Counted from the first letter of the stretch, positions 19,724 through 31,174 are shown. The stretch is DNA of 64,000 nucleotides from an uncultured Acidobacteriota bacterium (GCA_963809485.1 CAWEJX010000007.1:288001-352000); one strand, 5' to 3'. Numbers and translations are program-made. The notes: generated from the sequence alone by a model not told the origin.

Positions 19724-22700
19724 ATGATGTTTTTCAGAGTTAGAAATTCCATGAATCCCGTACGGTATGTGCTTGCGGCGTTCATGGTGTTTTTGCTGTG
19801 CGGGATGGCGATGGCGCAGCAGGAGACGGGGCAGATTTCCGGAACCATCAAAGATCCGTCCGGTGCGGTAGTTCCGGATGTCGCCGTGCAGGTGCGTAGC
19901 GTGGCTACATCTCAGGAGCGCACGGCGACCACGAGCGGCTCCGGATCTTACACTGTCACGAACCTGCTTCCCGGCAACTATTCCGTCACGGTATCCAAAG
20001 CCGGATTCACACGGCCAAGATGCAGGTCGAGGTCAATGTCGGCGGCAAGTCAACCGCGGACTTCACCCTTGCGGTCGGCTCGTCCGCCACGACCATCGAG
20101 AGTGGTCGGCGGGGCGGTCGAGCAGGTAAACGTCGAAACGCAGGTGTTGATGGATGTCGTCAACGACGAAGCAGGTAGAGAATCTTCCGACCCTGACGCG
20201 CAATCCGTACGATCTTGTGGCCATCGGCGGCAACGTCGCTCCGGCCGATCCCGACGGCACGACCGCGGAACGGGCTATTCAATCAACGGACAGCGCTCGG
20301 CCAGCACGAACATGCTTCTCGACGGTTCGGACAATAACGACAGTTTTACGGCGACTGTGGGGCAGTCCGTGCCTCTCGATTCGGTTCAGGAGTTCAGCGT
20401 CGTGTCGAGCAGCTTCACCGCCGAATACGGACGTGCCAGCGGCGGCGTGATCAACGTGGCGACGAAATCGGGAAGCAACAGCTTCCATGGATCGCCTACG
20501 AGTTCAACCGCGTCTCCGCGCTCGCGTCCAACGGTTTTGACAACAACGCCTATGAAATCCGAAAGGGGTCTTTACGCGCAACCAGTTCGGGTACTCGATC
20601 GGCGGTCCGATCGTCAAGGACAAGCTATTCTTCTTCAACAATACCGAATGGTTCCGCGTCCGGAGCGGGTCGACCACAACCGCGCTTGTACCGACCTCGC
20701 AGCTGATAGCCGCATCCGCTCCGGCGACGCAGGATTTCTTCAAGCCTACGGCACGTTGAAGAGCGGCTTGATATTGGGAAAACCTATACAAGGGTGAAAT
20801 CCCCGACCTCTGTCCCGCAGGCTGGGCTCTGTGCGAGCCTCTCTCCCACCACGCCCGTCTGGCAAACCGTGAGCTATCCGGTTCCGGCCGATGCCGGTGG
20901 CGGAGATCCGCGAAATGAGTACCAGACCGTCGCCCGGGTCGACTACAACATGAGTCCGAACACGACGATCTACGGCCGCTATGCGCTCCAGAAGCCAGGA
21001 TGCCTTTGCGGGAACCAACGCCGAAAGCCCCTATCAGGGATTTGATGCCGGATACACCACGTTCAACCAGAACTATCTCCTTTCGGTGACACACACGTTC
21101 AGCCCCAGGCTGGTATCGCAGTCAAAGGTCGTCTTTAACCGCCTGAATCAGCTGCAGCCGCTCGGCGAGCAGCCGGCCACCAATACCTTGTATCTGACCG
21201 GCGGCACCGCGTCTATTCTGGGAATTCAGACGGCTCTGCCCGGCTATCTGCCCTACACCCCCGGCAGCGCCATACCCTTCGGAGGCCCGCAGAACCTGGG
21301 CCAGCTCTATGAGGACGTCAGCTGGATCAAGGGGAACCACACCTTCCGCTTCGGCGGTTCCTACATTTACCTCCGGGACAACCGGGCCTTCGGCGCCTAC
21401 GCGTACGCGGTGGAGCAGCTGGGGAAAAACCTTGCCTCAGGAATGGAGAATTTCCTGAAAGGCCAACTCGTTAACTACACTGCTGCCGTCTATCCGCAGG
21501 GCAAGTATCCTGGAGATACGGTGACCTGCCGGTCGGGCCGCCCGACTTCACGCGCAGCAACCGCTACCACGATTTCGCGCTTTTACGGCCAGGACACCTG
21601 GCGCTTAGGCTCCGGGCTAACCTTGAACCTGGGCTTGCGCTGGGAATACTATCGGCGTGCAGCACAACAAGGATCCCAAGAAGGATTCGAACTTCTACCT
21701 GGGCAGCGGGCCCTCCATGGAAGAGCGGATCAAGAATGGACAAGTCATGCTGGCTCCCGACAGCCCCTACGGCGGGCTCTGGGCCAAGGATCTCAACAAC
21801 CTCGGCCCCCGCGTCGGCATTGCCTGGGATGTTTCGGCAACGGCAAGACAAGCCTCCGCGGCGGCTACGGCATCAGCTACGAGCGGAACTTCGGCAACGT
21901 CACCTTCAACGTGATTCAGAATCCGCCGAACTATGCACGGTGTCGATCCTTCCCGGCCGATGTGGGGGGAATATCCTCCCATCTATACGGCGCCGGCTCG
22001 GTCCGCTCGCGGGATCCACGGGATCGAAGATTCTCCGCGCGCCAGCCTCCGGGCCGTCGACGAGAATATCAAGAAATGCCTATGCCCACTACCTGGAGCG
22101 TGGCTCTGGGAGCAGGAGATCGCCGCGCAACACGGTCTTCAGCCTGGAGTACAGCGGTTCGAAAGGCGTAGGCCTCTATGGATCACCAGAGAGAACATGC
22201 CGGGCTCGTGGAATGCTTACACCAAGACTGTGGGTTCGGTTGGGCGGAGAGGCATCATACCTGAACCCCAGTACAGCGGTTATCAACTACCGTACGGCAG
22301 GCGGCTTTTCGCGCTACCACGCCATGATCGCCGGCTTGAGGAGCCGGGATCTTTTCAGCAAGGGCCTGCAGTTCGAGGTCAATTACACCTGGGCACATTC
22401 GATCGACAACCTGAGTTCAACCTTCAGCGAATCGCTCGAACAACTTCAATCTGGGATTCCTCGATCCGCGCAATCCCGAGCTTGACACCGGCGACGCCGA
22501 TTTCGACGTCCGCCACCGGGTAGCGCATCAGCGCCATCTGGGACATCCCGTTTGCCCGCAACCTCGGCGGGGTCGGCGAAGACCAGGTCCTGGACGGCTG
22601 GAGCCTTGGCTCCCATCATCCACTTCCGCACCGGGACGCCGTTCACCATCTTCGACTGCACCAACGGTTACTACATGTGCAACCGTATGCTGATCGTGAA

Positions 22701-23135
22701 TCCGGCGGGACGCCGCTCAGAAGGGTCCCGAGAATCCGGCGGCTGTTTCCGACTACGCCCAACTCTTTCAATTGACCTCGATATCAGCGCGCAAGCGGGT
22801 GGTGTCGGGGCTAGCGCTACTACAATCCCTACACGGACACCGCTGATTTCGGTCCTTATCCTGCCAACATGTCCCGGAGAAATGCCTTACCGGAGGCCGG
22901 GGTCTTATAATTTCGATCTCGGCATTTACAAGAATTTCAGCTTGAAGGAACGAGGCTACACGCTCCAGTTCCGTGCCGAGTTCTACAACCTTTTCAATCA
23001 CGCCAACTCTGGACATCGACTGGATGGTCATGCGGATATCTCTTCGCAGCGATTATGCATCCCGGGATGCGTGGTGTCACTAATCTGGCCGAGGAACGCA
23101 GGAACATCCAGTTCGCTCTGAAGTTCCTCTTCTAG
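19724..23135 (+). CDS. TonB-dependent receptor, Oar-like, with carboxypeptidase-regulatory-like N-domain; many indels
   Basis: Signal peptide; GQISGTIKDPSGAVVP; NGQRSASTNMLLDG; DSVQEFSVVSSSFTAEYGRASGGVINVATKSG; LTLNLGLRWEY; LQFRAEFYNLFNH; C-terminal RNIQFALKFLF stop at 23135. Confidence 0.88.
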
Positions 23136-23159
23136 CCTGCTTCAGAGAAGCTTCTCATC

Positions 23160-23191
23160 AAAGGCCCCGGCGCAAGTCGGGGCCTTTTTTT
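23160..23191 (+). terminator. Intrinsic terminator after the TonB-dependent receptor
   Basis: AAAGGCCCCGGC-gcaa-GTCGGGGCC followed by a T run. Confidence 0.85.
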
Positions 23192-23355
23192 GGTTAGGAT
23201 TGCGAAGGCGCGAATATAAGGCGCGCGACATGTGAGGACGGATGTCCCAAGTCCGTCTCAAAACTGGCACAATTTCGCGGTCGTTCATTTTTATAGGGGC
23301 GGCCTTCCGAGGCCATTGTAGAACTCGAAATTTTTGGGGAATTCAGGGAAGGCTA

Positions 23356-23549
23356 AGGCCCGGAGGCCGTAAGAAAATATCCGGGGGCGCAAGCCCCCGG
23401 ATAGGACTTGCATTCAACGAGAGCCCCGATAGGGGCGAAAGGTTTTTGTATAAATTATTTACCTGTTTCGCCCCTGCCGGGGCTTTTTTTATAATTGCCC
23501 AACCCCCGGGCTTACGCCCGGGGCTATTCTCTGCCGGCCCTCCGGGCCT
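23356..23549. repeat. REP-like palindromic element, family B (same six-hairpin architecture as family A, different sequence)
   Basis: AGGCCCGGAGGCC...CCGGGGGC-gcaa-GCCCCCGG...AGCCCCGATAGGGGCGAAA...TTTCGCCCCTGCCGGGGCT...CCCCGGGC-ttac-GCCCGGGG...GGCCCTCCGGGCCT. Confidence 0.75.
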
Positions 23550-23630
23550 CAGGTCGCGAATGGAAGCGAATGCTATGGTTTTGCATCGGGCTCTTCAGGC
23601 CGCTGCTGCATAAACTCAGGCATTGATCCC

Positions 23631-25106
23631 ATGAGAGCCACGGCGATGATTTGGAGGTTATCCCTCATCCGGTTTTTGGCAGCAGGTCTGCTGGTTTCGG
23701 GAGTTCTTCTCTCGACAGCTGCCCAGGCCCCAAAACGAGAGAACGCCGGCCGTGCCGTATCCATCCCCTTCGAGGAAGCACAGCGTATCGTGAAGGCGTT
23801 GGGCGACAGCGCACCTCCCGAGCTTCGCGCCAAAGATTCAGGAGCTTCGGCAAAATCCTGGCCGGCCTGGGTCGCCCGGCACAATGCGGCGGTCCGGGAG
23901 CGTATGGAGCGCGGAGACGAAGACTTGCTGGGCAATTTTTTGCTTTTCGGAACTTCCTTTACCACTCAGCTCCGCATGACACCCAAGGACCTCGCCCCGA
24001 TGAGCCAATCCCCGGCCAGCGGCGCTTCTACCGATGTCGGGTCTCTCGCCGGTAAGGTGCTGGATGCGCGGCTGAACGATTTTATGCGAGCCGTGGAAAC
24101 CCCTGGGACAAATGATCGGCTTACGTATCTGCACCGGTTGATCCGGAAGAAGGGCTACAGTTTTTCCGGCGCCGGCGCACGGGCAAAGCTCAGACAGTAC
24201 CTTATCGCAAACCTGCTGAGAGTGCTCGGCGAACAGGAGAGCTTCGCAAAAGCGCGCGCCCAGGCTCTTGGATTGGGAGATTCGACCGCCGAGTTTGCCG
24301 CCCGCTCCACCCTGTACCGTTCGCGCGGCCTCTCGGTCGATACCGCGCTTTTCCCGAGCTATGCCATTGAAGAGTCGCTGAAGGCCATGCAGGCGCGCGG
24401 CCTGTTGACGGGCGTAAACCGTGCAGCCGTCATCGGGCCGGGCCTGGATTTCGCCGACAAGCAGGGAGGCTACGACTTTTATCCCGAACAGACCCTTCAG
24501 CCATTCGCCCTGATCGATTCGCTCGCGCGGCTTGGCCTGTTCCGGGCGGAAAAGCTCGAAGTAGCGGCGATCGATATCAGCCCGCAGGTGACCAGCCATC
24601 TGTCAGCCGCGCGGCAGCGCGCCCGGCGTGGCGTCCCTTATATCTCGCAGTTGCCGCGTGACCTCGATTCCACGTGGAAGCCCGGGACTATTTCATACTG
24701 GGAGCGGTTCGGCAGTCATATCGGGGCGTCGGCGAAACCGAGCGCGCTTCCGCCCGGGATCAAGCGCCTGGAAATGCGCGCGGTGAGCATCCGGCCGGAT
24801 GTGGTCCTTCGTATCACTCCATGCGAGATGAATATTGTTCTCCAGCGTCTGGATGCGCCGGAGGCCGGGAAATTCGATTTGATCGTGGCCACAAACATAC
24901 TGATCTACTACGACGTCTTCGAACAAAGCCTGGCCCTCTCCAATATCGCCCATATGCTCAAGCCGGGTGGTTTCCTGCTTTCAAATAACGCCCTCATGGA
25001 ATTTCCCGGCTCGCCGCTTCGTTCCGTCGACTATCTCACGGTCGTTTACTCCGACGACCGCCCCGACGACGGCGATCACATCGTCTGGTATCAGCGCCAG
25101 CCGTGA
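23631..25106 (+). CDS. Class I SAM-dependent methyltransferase-like protein with an apparent signal peptide
   Basis: AAVIGPGLDF (motif I-like), VAAIDIS, FDLIVATNILIYY, LKPGGFLL (CheR-like C-terminal motifs); hydrophobic N-terminus ending AQA. Confidence 0.65.
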   Translation: MRATAMIWRLSLIRFLAAGLLVSGVLLSTAAQAPKRENAGRAVSIPFEEAQRIVKALGDSAPPELRAKDSGASAKSWPAWVARHNAAVRERMERGDEDLLGNFLLFGTSFTTQLRMTPKDLAPMSQSPASGASTDVGSLAGKVLDARLNDFMRAVETPGTNDRLTYLHRLIRKKGYSFSGAGARAKLRQYLIANLLRVLGEQESFAKARAQALGLGDSTAEFAARSTLYRSRGLSVDTALFPSYAIEESLKAMQARGLLTGVNRAAVIGPGLDFADKQGGYDFYPEQTLQPFALIDSLARLGLFRAEKLEVAAIDISPQVTSHLSAARQRARRGVPYISQLPRDLDSTWKPGTISYWERFGSHIGASAKPSALPPGIKRLEMRAVSIRPDVVLRITPCEMNIVLQRLDAPEAGKFDLIVATNILIYYDVFEQSLALSNIAHMLKPGGFLLSNNALMEFPGSPLRSVDYLTVVYSDDRPDDGDHIVWYQRQP

Positions 25107-25142
25107 CAATCAAAACAGCCAGAGACGAGAACAAAACTTGAT

Positions 25143-25706
25143 TAGTTTCTGTCGCAAAACTGGTTTGCGCCGCGTAGCGGCACTGTGATTTTAGCCCGGC
25201 CTTTCAAGGCCGGGATCCATGGTATTGAGAACAGCGCGTCGCGTAGCGACGCCTGAGATTCAACCGTCGCTACGCGACGGAAAACATAATCCCTTTAGAT
25301 CCAGGCCTTAAAAGGCCTGGCTAAATTCAACTGGCCGCTACGCGGCCTGGCTCCAATTTGCGGCTTCTATGTAATATCAAATATCCTATCGACTGTAATA
25401 AAATCCGGTTTCCTCGCGAAACTGGTTTGTGCCGCGTAGCGGCACTATGATTTTAGCCCGGCCTTTCAAGGCCGGGAACAATGGTACAGCGAGCAGCGCG
25501 TCGCGTAGCGACGCCTGAGATTCAACCGTCGCTACGCGACGGAAAACATAATCCCTTTAGATCCAGGCCTTAAAAGGCCTGGCTAAATTCAACTGGCCGC
25601 TACGCGGCCTGGCTCCAATTTGCGGCTTCTATGTAATATCAAATATCCTATCGACTGTAATAAAATCCGGTTTCCTCGCGAAACCCGAGTTTCGCGACAG
25701 AAACTA
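25143..25706. mobile_element. Non-autonomous MITE-like element: two tandem 262-bp family A units inside 19-bp terminal inverted repeats
   Basis: TAGTTTCTGTCGCAAAACT (25143-25161) vs AGTTTCGCGACAGAAACTA (25688-25706), 18/19 inverted match; units start near 25157 and 25419. Confidence 0.7.
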
Positions 25707-25777
25707 AATAAATTTCAGAGATTGGAAATTGCGGATAAGCACGCCGCCGGCATAGCAAATGTGCGAAAATAGGTTCT

Positions 25778-26980
25778 ATGAAAAATGTCTTTCCCCTGAT
25801 TCTGTACGTTCTATGGATTTTACTGCCGGCTTCACGGCTGCAGGCTCAGGATCTGCGTGATCCCCGCTTCATGGAGCGGGCCCAGGCCGGATTTGCGGAT
25901 ATATATAATTTCGACTATGCCCAGGCCCGGCAGGTTTTTGCCTCCCTGGAGAAGGAGTACCCGCAGCACCCCGCCCCCCCTTTATACCTGGCTTCTATCG
26001 TCTGGCTCGAGGAGATGCTTCGCCGCCAGGACCTATCGCTGAATCGCTTCGTGTATCCATCCTATTTCTCAGTTAAAACCGAACAGGAAATGCCTTCTCA
26101 GGAGCGGGATGCCTTTTTCAGGCATATTCAAAAATGCGAAGCCCTGGCCAACACGATCCTGAAAAAAAACAGCCATGATAAGGACAGCCGCTATTTCCTG
26201 GGCACATCCTATGGGCTGCGCTCCTGCTTTGCCATCACCATCGACCACAGCCTTCGATCCGCATACAGCAACGGCACAAAAGCGTACGAACTCACCCGGC
26301 AGCTGACCCAGGAAGATCCGGACTATTACGACGCTTATCTGACGGTCGGTATTTACGAATACGTCGTCGGAAGCATTCCCTGGTACCTGAAGTGGATGGC
26401 TTTCATGGTAGGGGCGCGCGGCGACAAGGAAAAGGGGCTGGAGCATTTGAGGCTGGCTTCCGAAAAGGGCCAGTACATGAAAAATGAAGCGCTGCTGGTC
26501 CAGATGGTATTAAATGTCCGCGAGCATCGTTATAGCCAGGCTCTGCAGATCGCCAACGACTTGAGCCGCAGGTTTCCAAGGAACTTTCTGTTCGCCCTGA
26601 GCGCCGCCCAGATTTCCCGTCTGTCCGGACAGAAAGACCAGGCAGTCGCGATCCTTCTGCAGGTGGAAAAACGGGTCGAATCCAGGGAACCCAATTTTGA
26701 CAAGATACCCGTCCGGATATTCCGCTATGACCTGGGCCGCGAGCTGATGGATATGGGAAAGCTGGACCTGGCTCAAGAGCGGTTCCTCAAGGCTATCGGC
26801 GATTCTCAAACACCGGCGCGAGAAAGGGCCCTGTCACACTTGAGGATGGGCCGGATCCTGGAATGGCGCGGAAAGAACAGCGAGGCTGCTCAGCAATACC
26901 GGACCGTCCTCTCACTGGCGGATGTCGAGAACTCCCACGACCAGGCCAGACAGTCTCTGGCCAGGCTGAACCGCGATTGA
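25778..26980 (+). CDS. Exported TPR protein (DUF3808/TTC39-like)
   Basis: Signal peptide; IYNFDYAQARQVF...YPQHPAP; DPDYYDAYLTVGIYEY; GDKEKGLEHL; C-terminal TPRs. Confidence 0.75.
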   Translation: MKNVFPLILYVLWILLPASRLQAQDLRDPRFMERAQAGFADIYNFDYAQARQVFASLEKEYPQHPAPPLYLASIVWLEEMLRRQDLSLNRFVYPSYFSVKTEQEMPSQERDAFFRHIQKCEALANTILKKNSHDKDSRYFLGTSYGLRSCFAITIDHSLRSAYSNGTKAYELTRQLTQEDPDYYDAYLTVGIYEYVVGSIPWYLKWMAFMVGARGDKEKGLEHLRLASEKGQYMKNEALLVQMVLNVREHRYSQALQIANDLSRRFPRNFLFALSAAQISRLSGQKDQAVAILLQVEKRVESREPNFDKIPVRIFRYDLGRELMDMGKLDLAQERFLKAIGDSQTPARERALSHLRMGRILEWRGKNSEAAQQYRTVLSLADVENSHDQARQSLARLNRD

Positions 26981-26985
26981 CTTTC

Positions 26986-27047
26986 AACCACGAAATAAAC
27001 GAAATACACAAAAATCCAGCTTCGTGTATTTGGTGTATTTCGTGGTT
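26986..27047. repeat. Inverted array of 9-mer (CACGAAATA-type) repeats
   Basis: AACCACGAAATAAACGAAATACAC...GTGTATTTGGTGTATTTCGTGGTT; second copy at 53229-53296. Confidence 0.7.
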
Positions 27048-27119
27048 ATAAATTTATATTTGCCTTGGAAATCCGGCCAGCAGAGCGATATCCTCGATTT
27101 TTCGGACAGAGGATAACTT

Positions 27120-28694
27120 ATGACTAAGCGGATGGCTCATGTCCTGTTGATTTTCCTGGTCTTCGGACTGGCACTGACAGCGGGTGAAAAAATCGACTCG
27201 GACACGAACTGGAAGATCCGCCGGGAAGCCACGGATAATTCCCATATTATGTTCCTGCTGCATTATCTCACGGATATCCATGGACCGCGCTTAACCGGAT
27301 CGCCCGGTTTCACCGCAGCCTGCACCTGGGCGATGGACCAATTGAAGCAGTGGGGCATGCAGAACGAACACCTCGAGAAGTGGGACTTCGCTCATCCCGG
27401 ATGGGGAAGCGACCGTTATTCCGTCAGGGTGGTGTCTCCTTTCCGGTCCATTTTGGACGCCCGGGTGATCGCGTGGACTCCGGGCACAAACGGAACCGTA
27501 CGGGCGCCGGTCATACAGATGACGCTTCCCGAAAAGCCGACCCAGGAAATACTTGCTGCTTACCTGGATCGCCATCGGGAAAATGTGCGGGGAAAAATCG
27601 TTCTTGCCGGCGCCCACAAGGCGATCCCGATTGCATTCAATTTCCCTTCTAAACGGCGCGATGAATCCGAGTTGAGGACGCAGTACGACCCGGTAAATCC
27701 CGCTCCGGCCGGCCCCCCCCGAGCAGCCGAACAGGCGGCCGATGGGCCCAAAATCCTGGAGCCGCGGGAGATTGACGAAAAAATCGACGCTTTCCTGGTT
27801 GAAGCAGGCGCTTTGGTCAAAGTGGTCGATGCTGCGCGCGAGCACGGCCAGATAGGCGTTTCCGCCAACCGGAGCTATAACTGTTCCAGGGCCGTTCCCG
27901 GCATCGTGATCCGGAACGAAGACTACGGCCGGGTCACGCGTGCGCTTTCCGATGGGACGCCTGTGGAAATGGAGATCGAGATCGTCAATTCCATTTATGA
28001 CATCCAGCCTTCCTTGAATGTCATAGCGGAAATTCCCGGGACCGACAGGCTGCAGGAAGTGGTGATGCTGGGGGCTCACATTGACTCATGGCATATCGGT
28101 ACAGGTGCGACGGACAACGCCTCGGGCGTGGCTGTCATGATGGAATCGATGCGCGTTCTTCAAAAGCTCGGCGTCAAGCCCAGGCGGACCATTCGCATTG
28201 CATTGTGGGGAGGAGAGGAGCAGGGATTGCTTGGGTCCCAGGCCTATGTCAAAGATCATTTCGGGACTTTTGAAGCGCCCAAACCGGAATTTAACAGCCT
28301 GTCCGCTTACATAAACATCGACTCCGGCACGGGCCGCATACGCGGCGCTTCCGTATTCGGGCCTCCTGCCGCCGCCGCGATTCTGCGAGAGACGCTGGCT
28401 CCGTTCGCAGACATGGGAGTCGTGGGAGCAAATTCCGGAAATGACCGCAACCACCGCGGGACGGACAGCACCTCTTTTTCCTGGGCCGGGCTGGCGGGAA
28501 TCAACCTGTCGCAGGATCCGCTGGAATATTTCAGCCACTCCTGGCACACGGATTTGGATACAAACGAAAGGGTGCTGGAAGGCGATCTCAAACAATGCGT
28601 GATTGCCGCCGCTTCACTGGCTTACCACCTTGCCATGCGCGATGAAATGGTCCCGCGCTTCACTGGCGAAACCATGCCCAAACCCGGAAAATAG
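27120..28694 (+). CDS. M28 family metallopeptidase (carboxypeptidase Q-like)
   Basis: Signal peptide; LTDIHGPRLTGS; VMLGAHIDSW; GATDNASG; WGGEEQGLLGS; NIDSG; HTDLD. Confidence 0.9.
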   Translation: MTKRMAHVLLIFLVFGLALTAGEKIDSDTNWKIRREATDNSHIMFLLHYLTDIHGPRLTGSPGFTAACTWAMDQLKQWGMQNEHLEKWDFAHPGWGSDRYSVRVVSPFRSILDARVIAWTPGTNGTVRAPVIQMTLPEKPTQEILAAYLDRHRENVRGKIVLAGAHKAIPIAFNFPSKRRDESELRTQYDPVNPAPAGPPRAAEQAADGPKILEPREIDEKIDAFLVEAGALVKVVDAAREHGQIGVSANRSYNCSRAVPGIVIRNEDYGRVTRALSDGTPVEMEIEIVNSIYDIQPSLNVIAEIPGTDRLQEVVMLGAHIDSWHIGTGATDNASGVAVMMESMRVLQKLGVKPRRTIRIALWGGEEQGLLGSQAYVKDHFGTFEAPKPEFNSLSAYINIDSGTGRIRGASVFGPPAAAAILRETLAPFADMGVVGANSGNDRNHRGTDSTSFSWAGLAGINLSQDPLEYFSHSWHTDLDTNERVLEGDLKQCVIAAASLAYHLAMRDEMVPRFTGETMPKPGK

Positions 28695-28770
28695 GCAAGG
28701 AACCCAAATTTTGGCGAGGATGGCGCGACAGTCGTTTTGGGGCCGAGTCTGGAGGCGCGTCCATAAATTA

Positions 28771-28816
28771 TAACGCTGACCCACGCCGATAAACGCTGAC
28801 GTACGCGGAAAAATTA
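28771..28816. repeat. Iterated (ACGCTGA-type) repeat; near-identical copy at 44496-44541, reverse-strand relatives at 32398-32440 and 18590-18632
   Basis: TAACGCTGACCCACGCCGATAAACGCTGACGTACGCGGAAAAATTA. Confidence 0.7.
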
Positions 28817-28841
28817 GAAATTAATATTATTTTCTCAGCAG

Positions 28842-30968
28842 TTAATGTTGTTTGGGTGAGGAATTCCGGCCGAGAAGGCGGGTGGCGCGCGCGACAACGT
28901 TATCCACGGTATAGCCGAATTTTTCGAAGACGACCTTGGAGGGCGCCGAGGCGCCGAAATGGTCCATGCAGATTATATTTCCGCCATCCCCGGTGTACTT
29001 GCGCCACCCCTGGGAAACTCCCGCCTCGACTGCCAGCCGCGCTTTTGCCGAGGGAGGCAGGACTTCATCCCGGTATTCCCGGGACTGGGCGTCAAAAAGC
29101 TCCCAGCTGGGCATCGAAACGGTGCGTGCGGCAATGCCTTGCTGCGCCAAACTATTCTGGGCGGCAAGCGCCAGGCTCACTTCCGATCCCGATGCGATCA
29201 AAATTATATCGGGCTTCCCCCCCGGCGCCTCCGAGAGAATGTACGCACCCCTGCGCAAGCCCTCGGCAGGCCCTAAAAGCTCCCGGTCGAGGGTGGGGAC
29301 TTCCTGCCGGGTCAAAACCAAGGCCACCGGGCAGCATCGGCTTTCGATAGCAACGCGCCAGGCTACGGCCGTTTCGTTCGCATCGCAGGGTCGAAGGACC
29401 GTCAGGCCCGGGATGGTGCGCAGCGCAGCCAGTTGCTCGACCGGCTGGTGCGTCGGACCGTCTTCGCCCACCCCGATGCTGTCGTGGGTAAAAACAAAAA
29501 TGACGCCGAGACCCATGAGTGCGGCAAGCCGTATGGAAGGGCGCATGTAATCTGAAAAAACAAAAAATGTTGCCGCATAGGGAAGTATCCCGCCGTGCGC
29601 CGCCATTCCATTCGCAATGGAGCCCATCGCGTGCTCGCGAACCCCAAAGTGAACATTGCGCCCCTCGTAGCCCCATGCGCTGCCTATCGATCCCTGCCTG
29701 TCCGCGGGCGCATAGTCCGGATTCTGGAAATCGCCCCCGCCCTTAATCACCGTGTGCGTCGAAGGATTCAGATCCGCGGATCCACCGATCAGCGAAGGAA
29801 GCCCGGCAGCCACGGCATTCATAACCTTTCCCGACGCGACACGCGTCGCCATCCCTTTGGCGTCCGCCGGGAAGGAGGGAATGGCCGCATCCCATTTATC
29901 AGGTAGCTCGCCCCGCATCGCCCGTTGAAATTCCAGCGAAAGATCCGGGAATTCTCGGGAATACTCCGCAAGCCGGCGGCTCCAGCCGGACTCCGCTTCG
30001 CGGCCTCGTTCCACGGCCTTACGGAAGAAGCCGAGCGCCTTATCCGGAACGTAAAACAGGGGCTCGACAGGCCATCCCAGATTTTGCTTGGTCAGCTTCA
30101 CCTCCTCGACGCCCAGCGGGGATCCATGGGATTCGAAGGAATCCTGTTTGTGCGGAGAGCCGTAACCAATGTGCGTTCGGACCAGAATCAACGAAGGCCG
30201 GGCGGTTTCGGCACGGGCAGTCTCAATAGAACGCTCGATCGCGCCTAAGTCGTTGCCGTTGTCGACCGTAACCGTATGCCAGCCGCAGGCCTCGAACCGG
30301 CGGGCTCGATCCTCGCTGAACGTGATATCGGTTGCAGCCGCCAGCGAAATGCGGTTGTCATCGTACAGGCAGATCAATTTGCCGAGCCTCAGATGCCCCG
30401 CAAGAGATGCCGCCTCATAGGCTACCCCCTCCATGAGGTCGCCGTCTCCCGCGATGACATAGGTGTAATGGTTGACGACTTCATGGCCCGGCCGGTTATA
30501 GCGCGTTGCCAGGTAGGCCTCCGCAATCGCCATCCCCACGGCATTTGCCAATCCCTGTCCAAGCGGACCCGTCGTAGTCTCGACACCGGGCGTCAAGCCG
30601 CGTTCCGGATGGCCGGGAGTCAGGCTTCCCCATTGACGGAAATTTTTGATCTGTTCGAGCGGGAGGTTGTACCCCGTCAAATAGAGCAGGCTATACAGCA
30701 GCATGGATCCGTGGCCGGCGGAAAGGACGAAACGGTCCCGGTCCCACCACTGGGGATTCGCCGGATTATGCCTGAGGAATCTCGTCCAGAGAGCATAGGC
30801 CATGGGCGCCGCCCCCAGAGGCAATCCGGGGTGCCCGCTGTTCGCTTTCTGAACTGCGTCCACGGACAGGAAACGGATGGTATGAATGCACAATTCGTCC
30901 AGCGAAAGGGCTTCCGGGGGGAGGGCCTCCGGAGGGAGGGCCGAAGAAATGCTTGAACTATCAGTCAT
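28842..30968 (-). CDS. tkt: Transketolase
   Basis: [38 protein letters not shown] motif, [24 protein letters not shown]. Confidence 0.97.
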   Translation of the reverse strand: MTDSSSISSALPPEALPPEALSLDELCIHTIRFLSVDAVQKANSGHPGLPLGAAPMAYALWTRFLRHNPANPQWWDRDRFVLSAGHGSMLLYSLLYLTGYNLPLEQIKNFRQWGSLTPGHPERGLTPGVETTTGPLGQGLANAVGMAIAEAYLATRYNRPGHEVVNHYTYVIAGDGDLMEGVAYEAASLAGHLRLGKLICLYDDNRISLAAATDITFSEDRARRFEACGWHTVTVDNGNDLGAIERSIETARAETARPSLILVRTHIGYGSPHKQDSFESHGSPLGVEEVKLTKQNLGWPVEPLFYVPDKALGFFRKAVERGREAESGWSRRLAEYSREFPDLSLEFQRAMRGELPDKWDAAIPSFPADAKGMATRVASGKVMNAVAAGLPSLIGGSADLNPSTHTVIKGGGDFQNPDYAPADRQGSIGSAWGYEGRNVHFGVREHAMGSIANGMAAHGGILPYAATFFVFSDYMRPSIRLAALMGLGVIFVFTHDSIGVGEDGPTHQPVEQLAALRTIPGLTVLRPCDANETAVAWRVAIESRCCPVALVLTRQEVPTLDRELLGPAEGLRRGAYILSEAPGGKPDIILIASGSEVSLALAAQNSLAQQGIAARTVSMPSWELFDAQSREYRDEVLPPSAKARLAVEAGVSQGWRKYTGDGGNIICMDHFGASAPSKVVFEKFGYTVDNVVARATRLLGRNSSPKQH

Positions 30969-31174
30969 GCGAATACCCCGCTAATCGATGAATCTGCCGC
31001 CGTTAAAGGATCGTAGACGCGAGCAGGAACGCGATTTCGGATTAAGGCATCCGGAATTAAAGGCAAAATTTAAATTGCCGCGCGCCGGATGTCAAACGTT
31101 GATTGGCGCTCCCAGAAATCCTGTTTGTTGAGAGCGGAAGTTATCTATAATGGCTCTTCTCAAGGAGACTGTAT

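Noticed and set aside
16490-23135. Pseudogene cluster or programmed frameshifting in metK, the M90 peptidase and the TonB-dependent receptor
   Set aside because: Multiple scattered indels without a shared slippery motif and with intact catalytic motifs; assembly error explains it better
25157-25684. Tandem repeat as a CRISPR array
   Set aside because: Two 262-bp near-identical units with no unique spacers and no cas genes in the window
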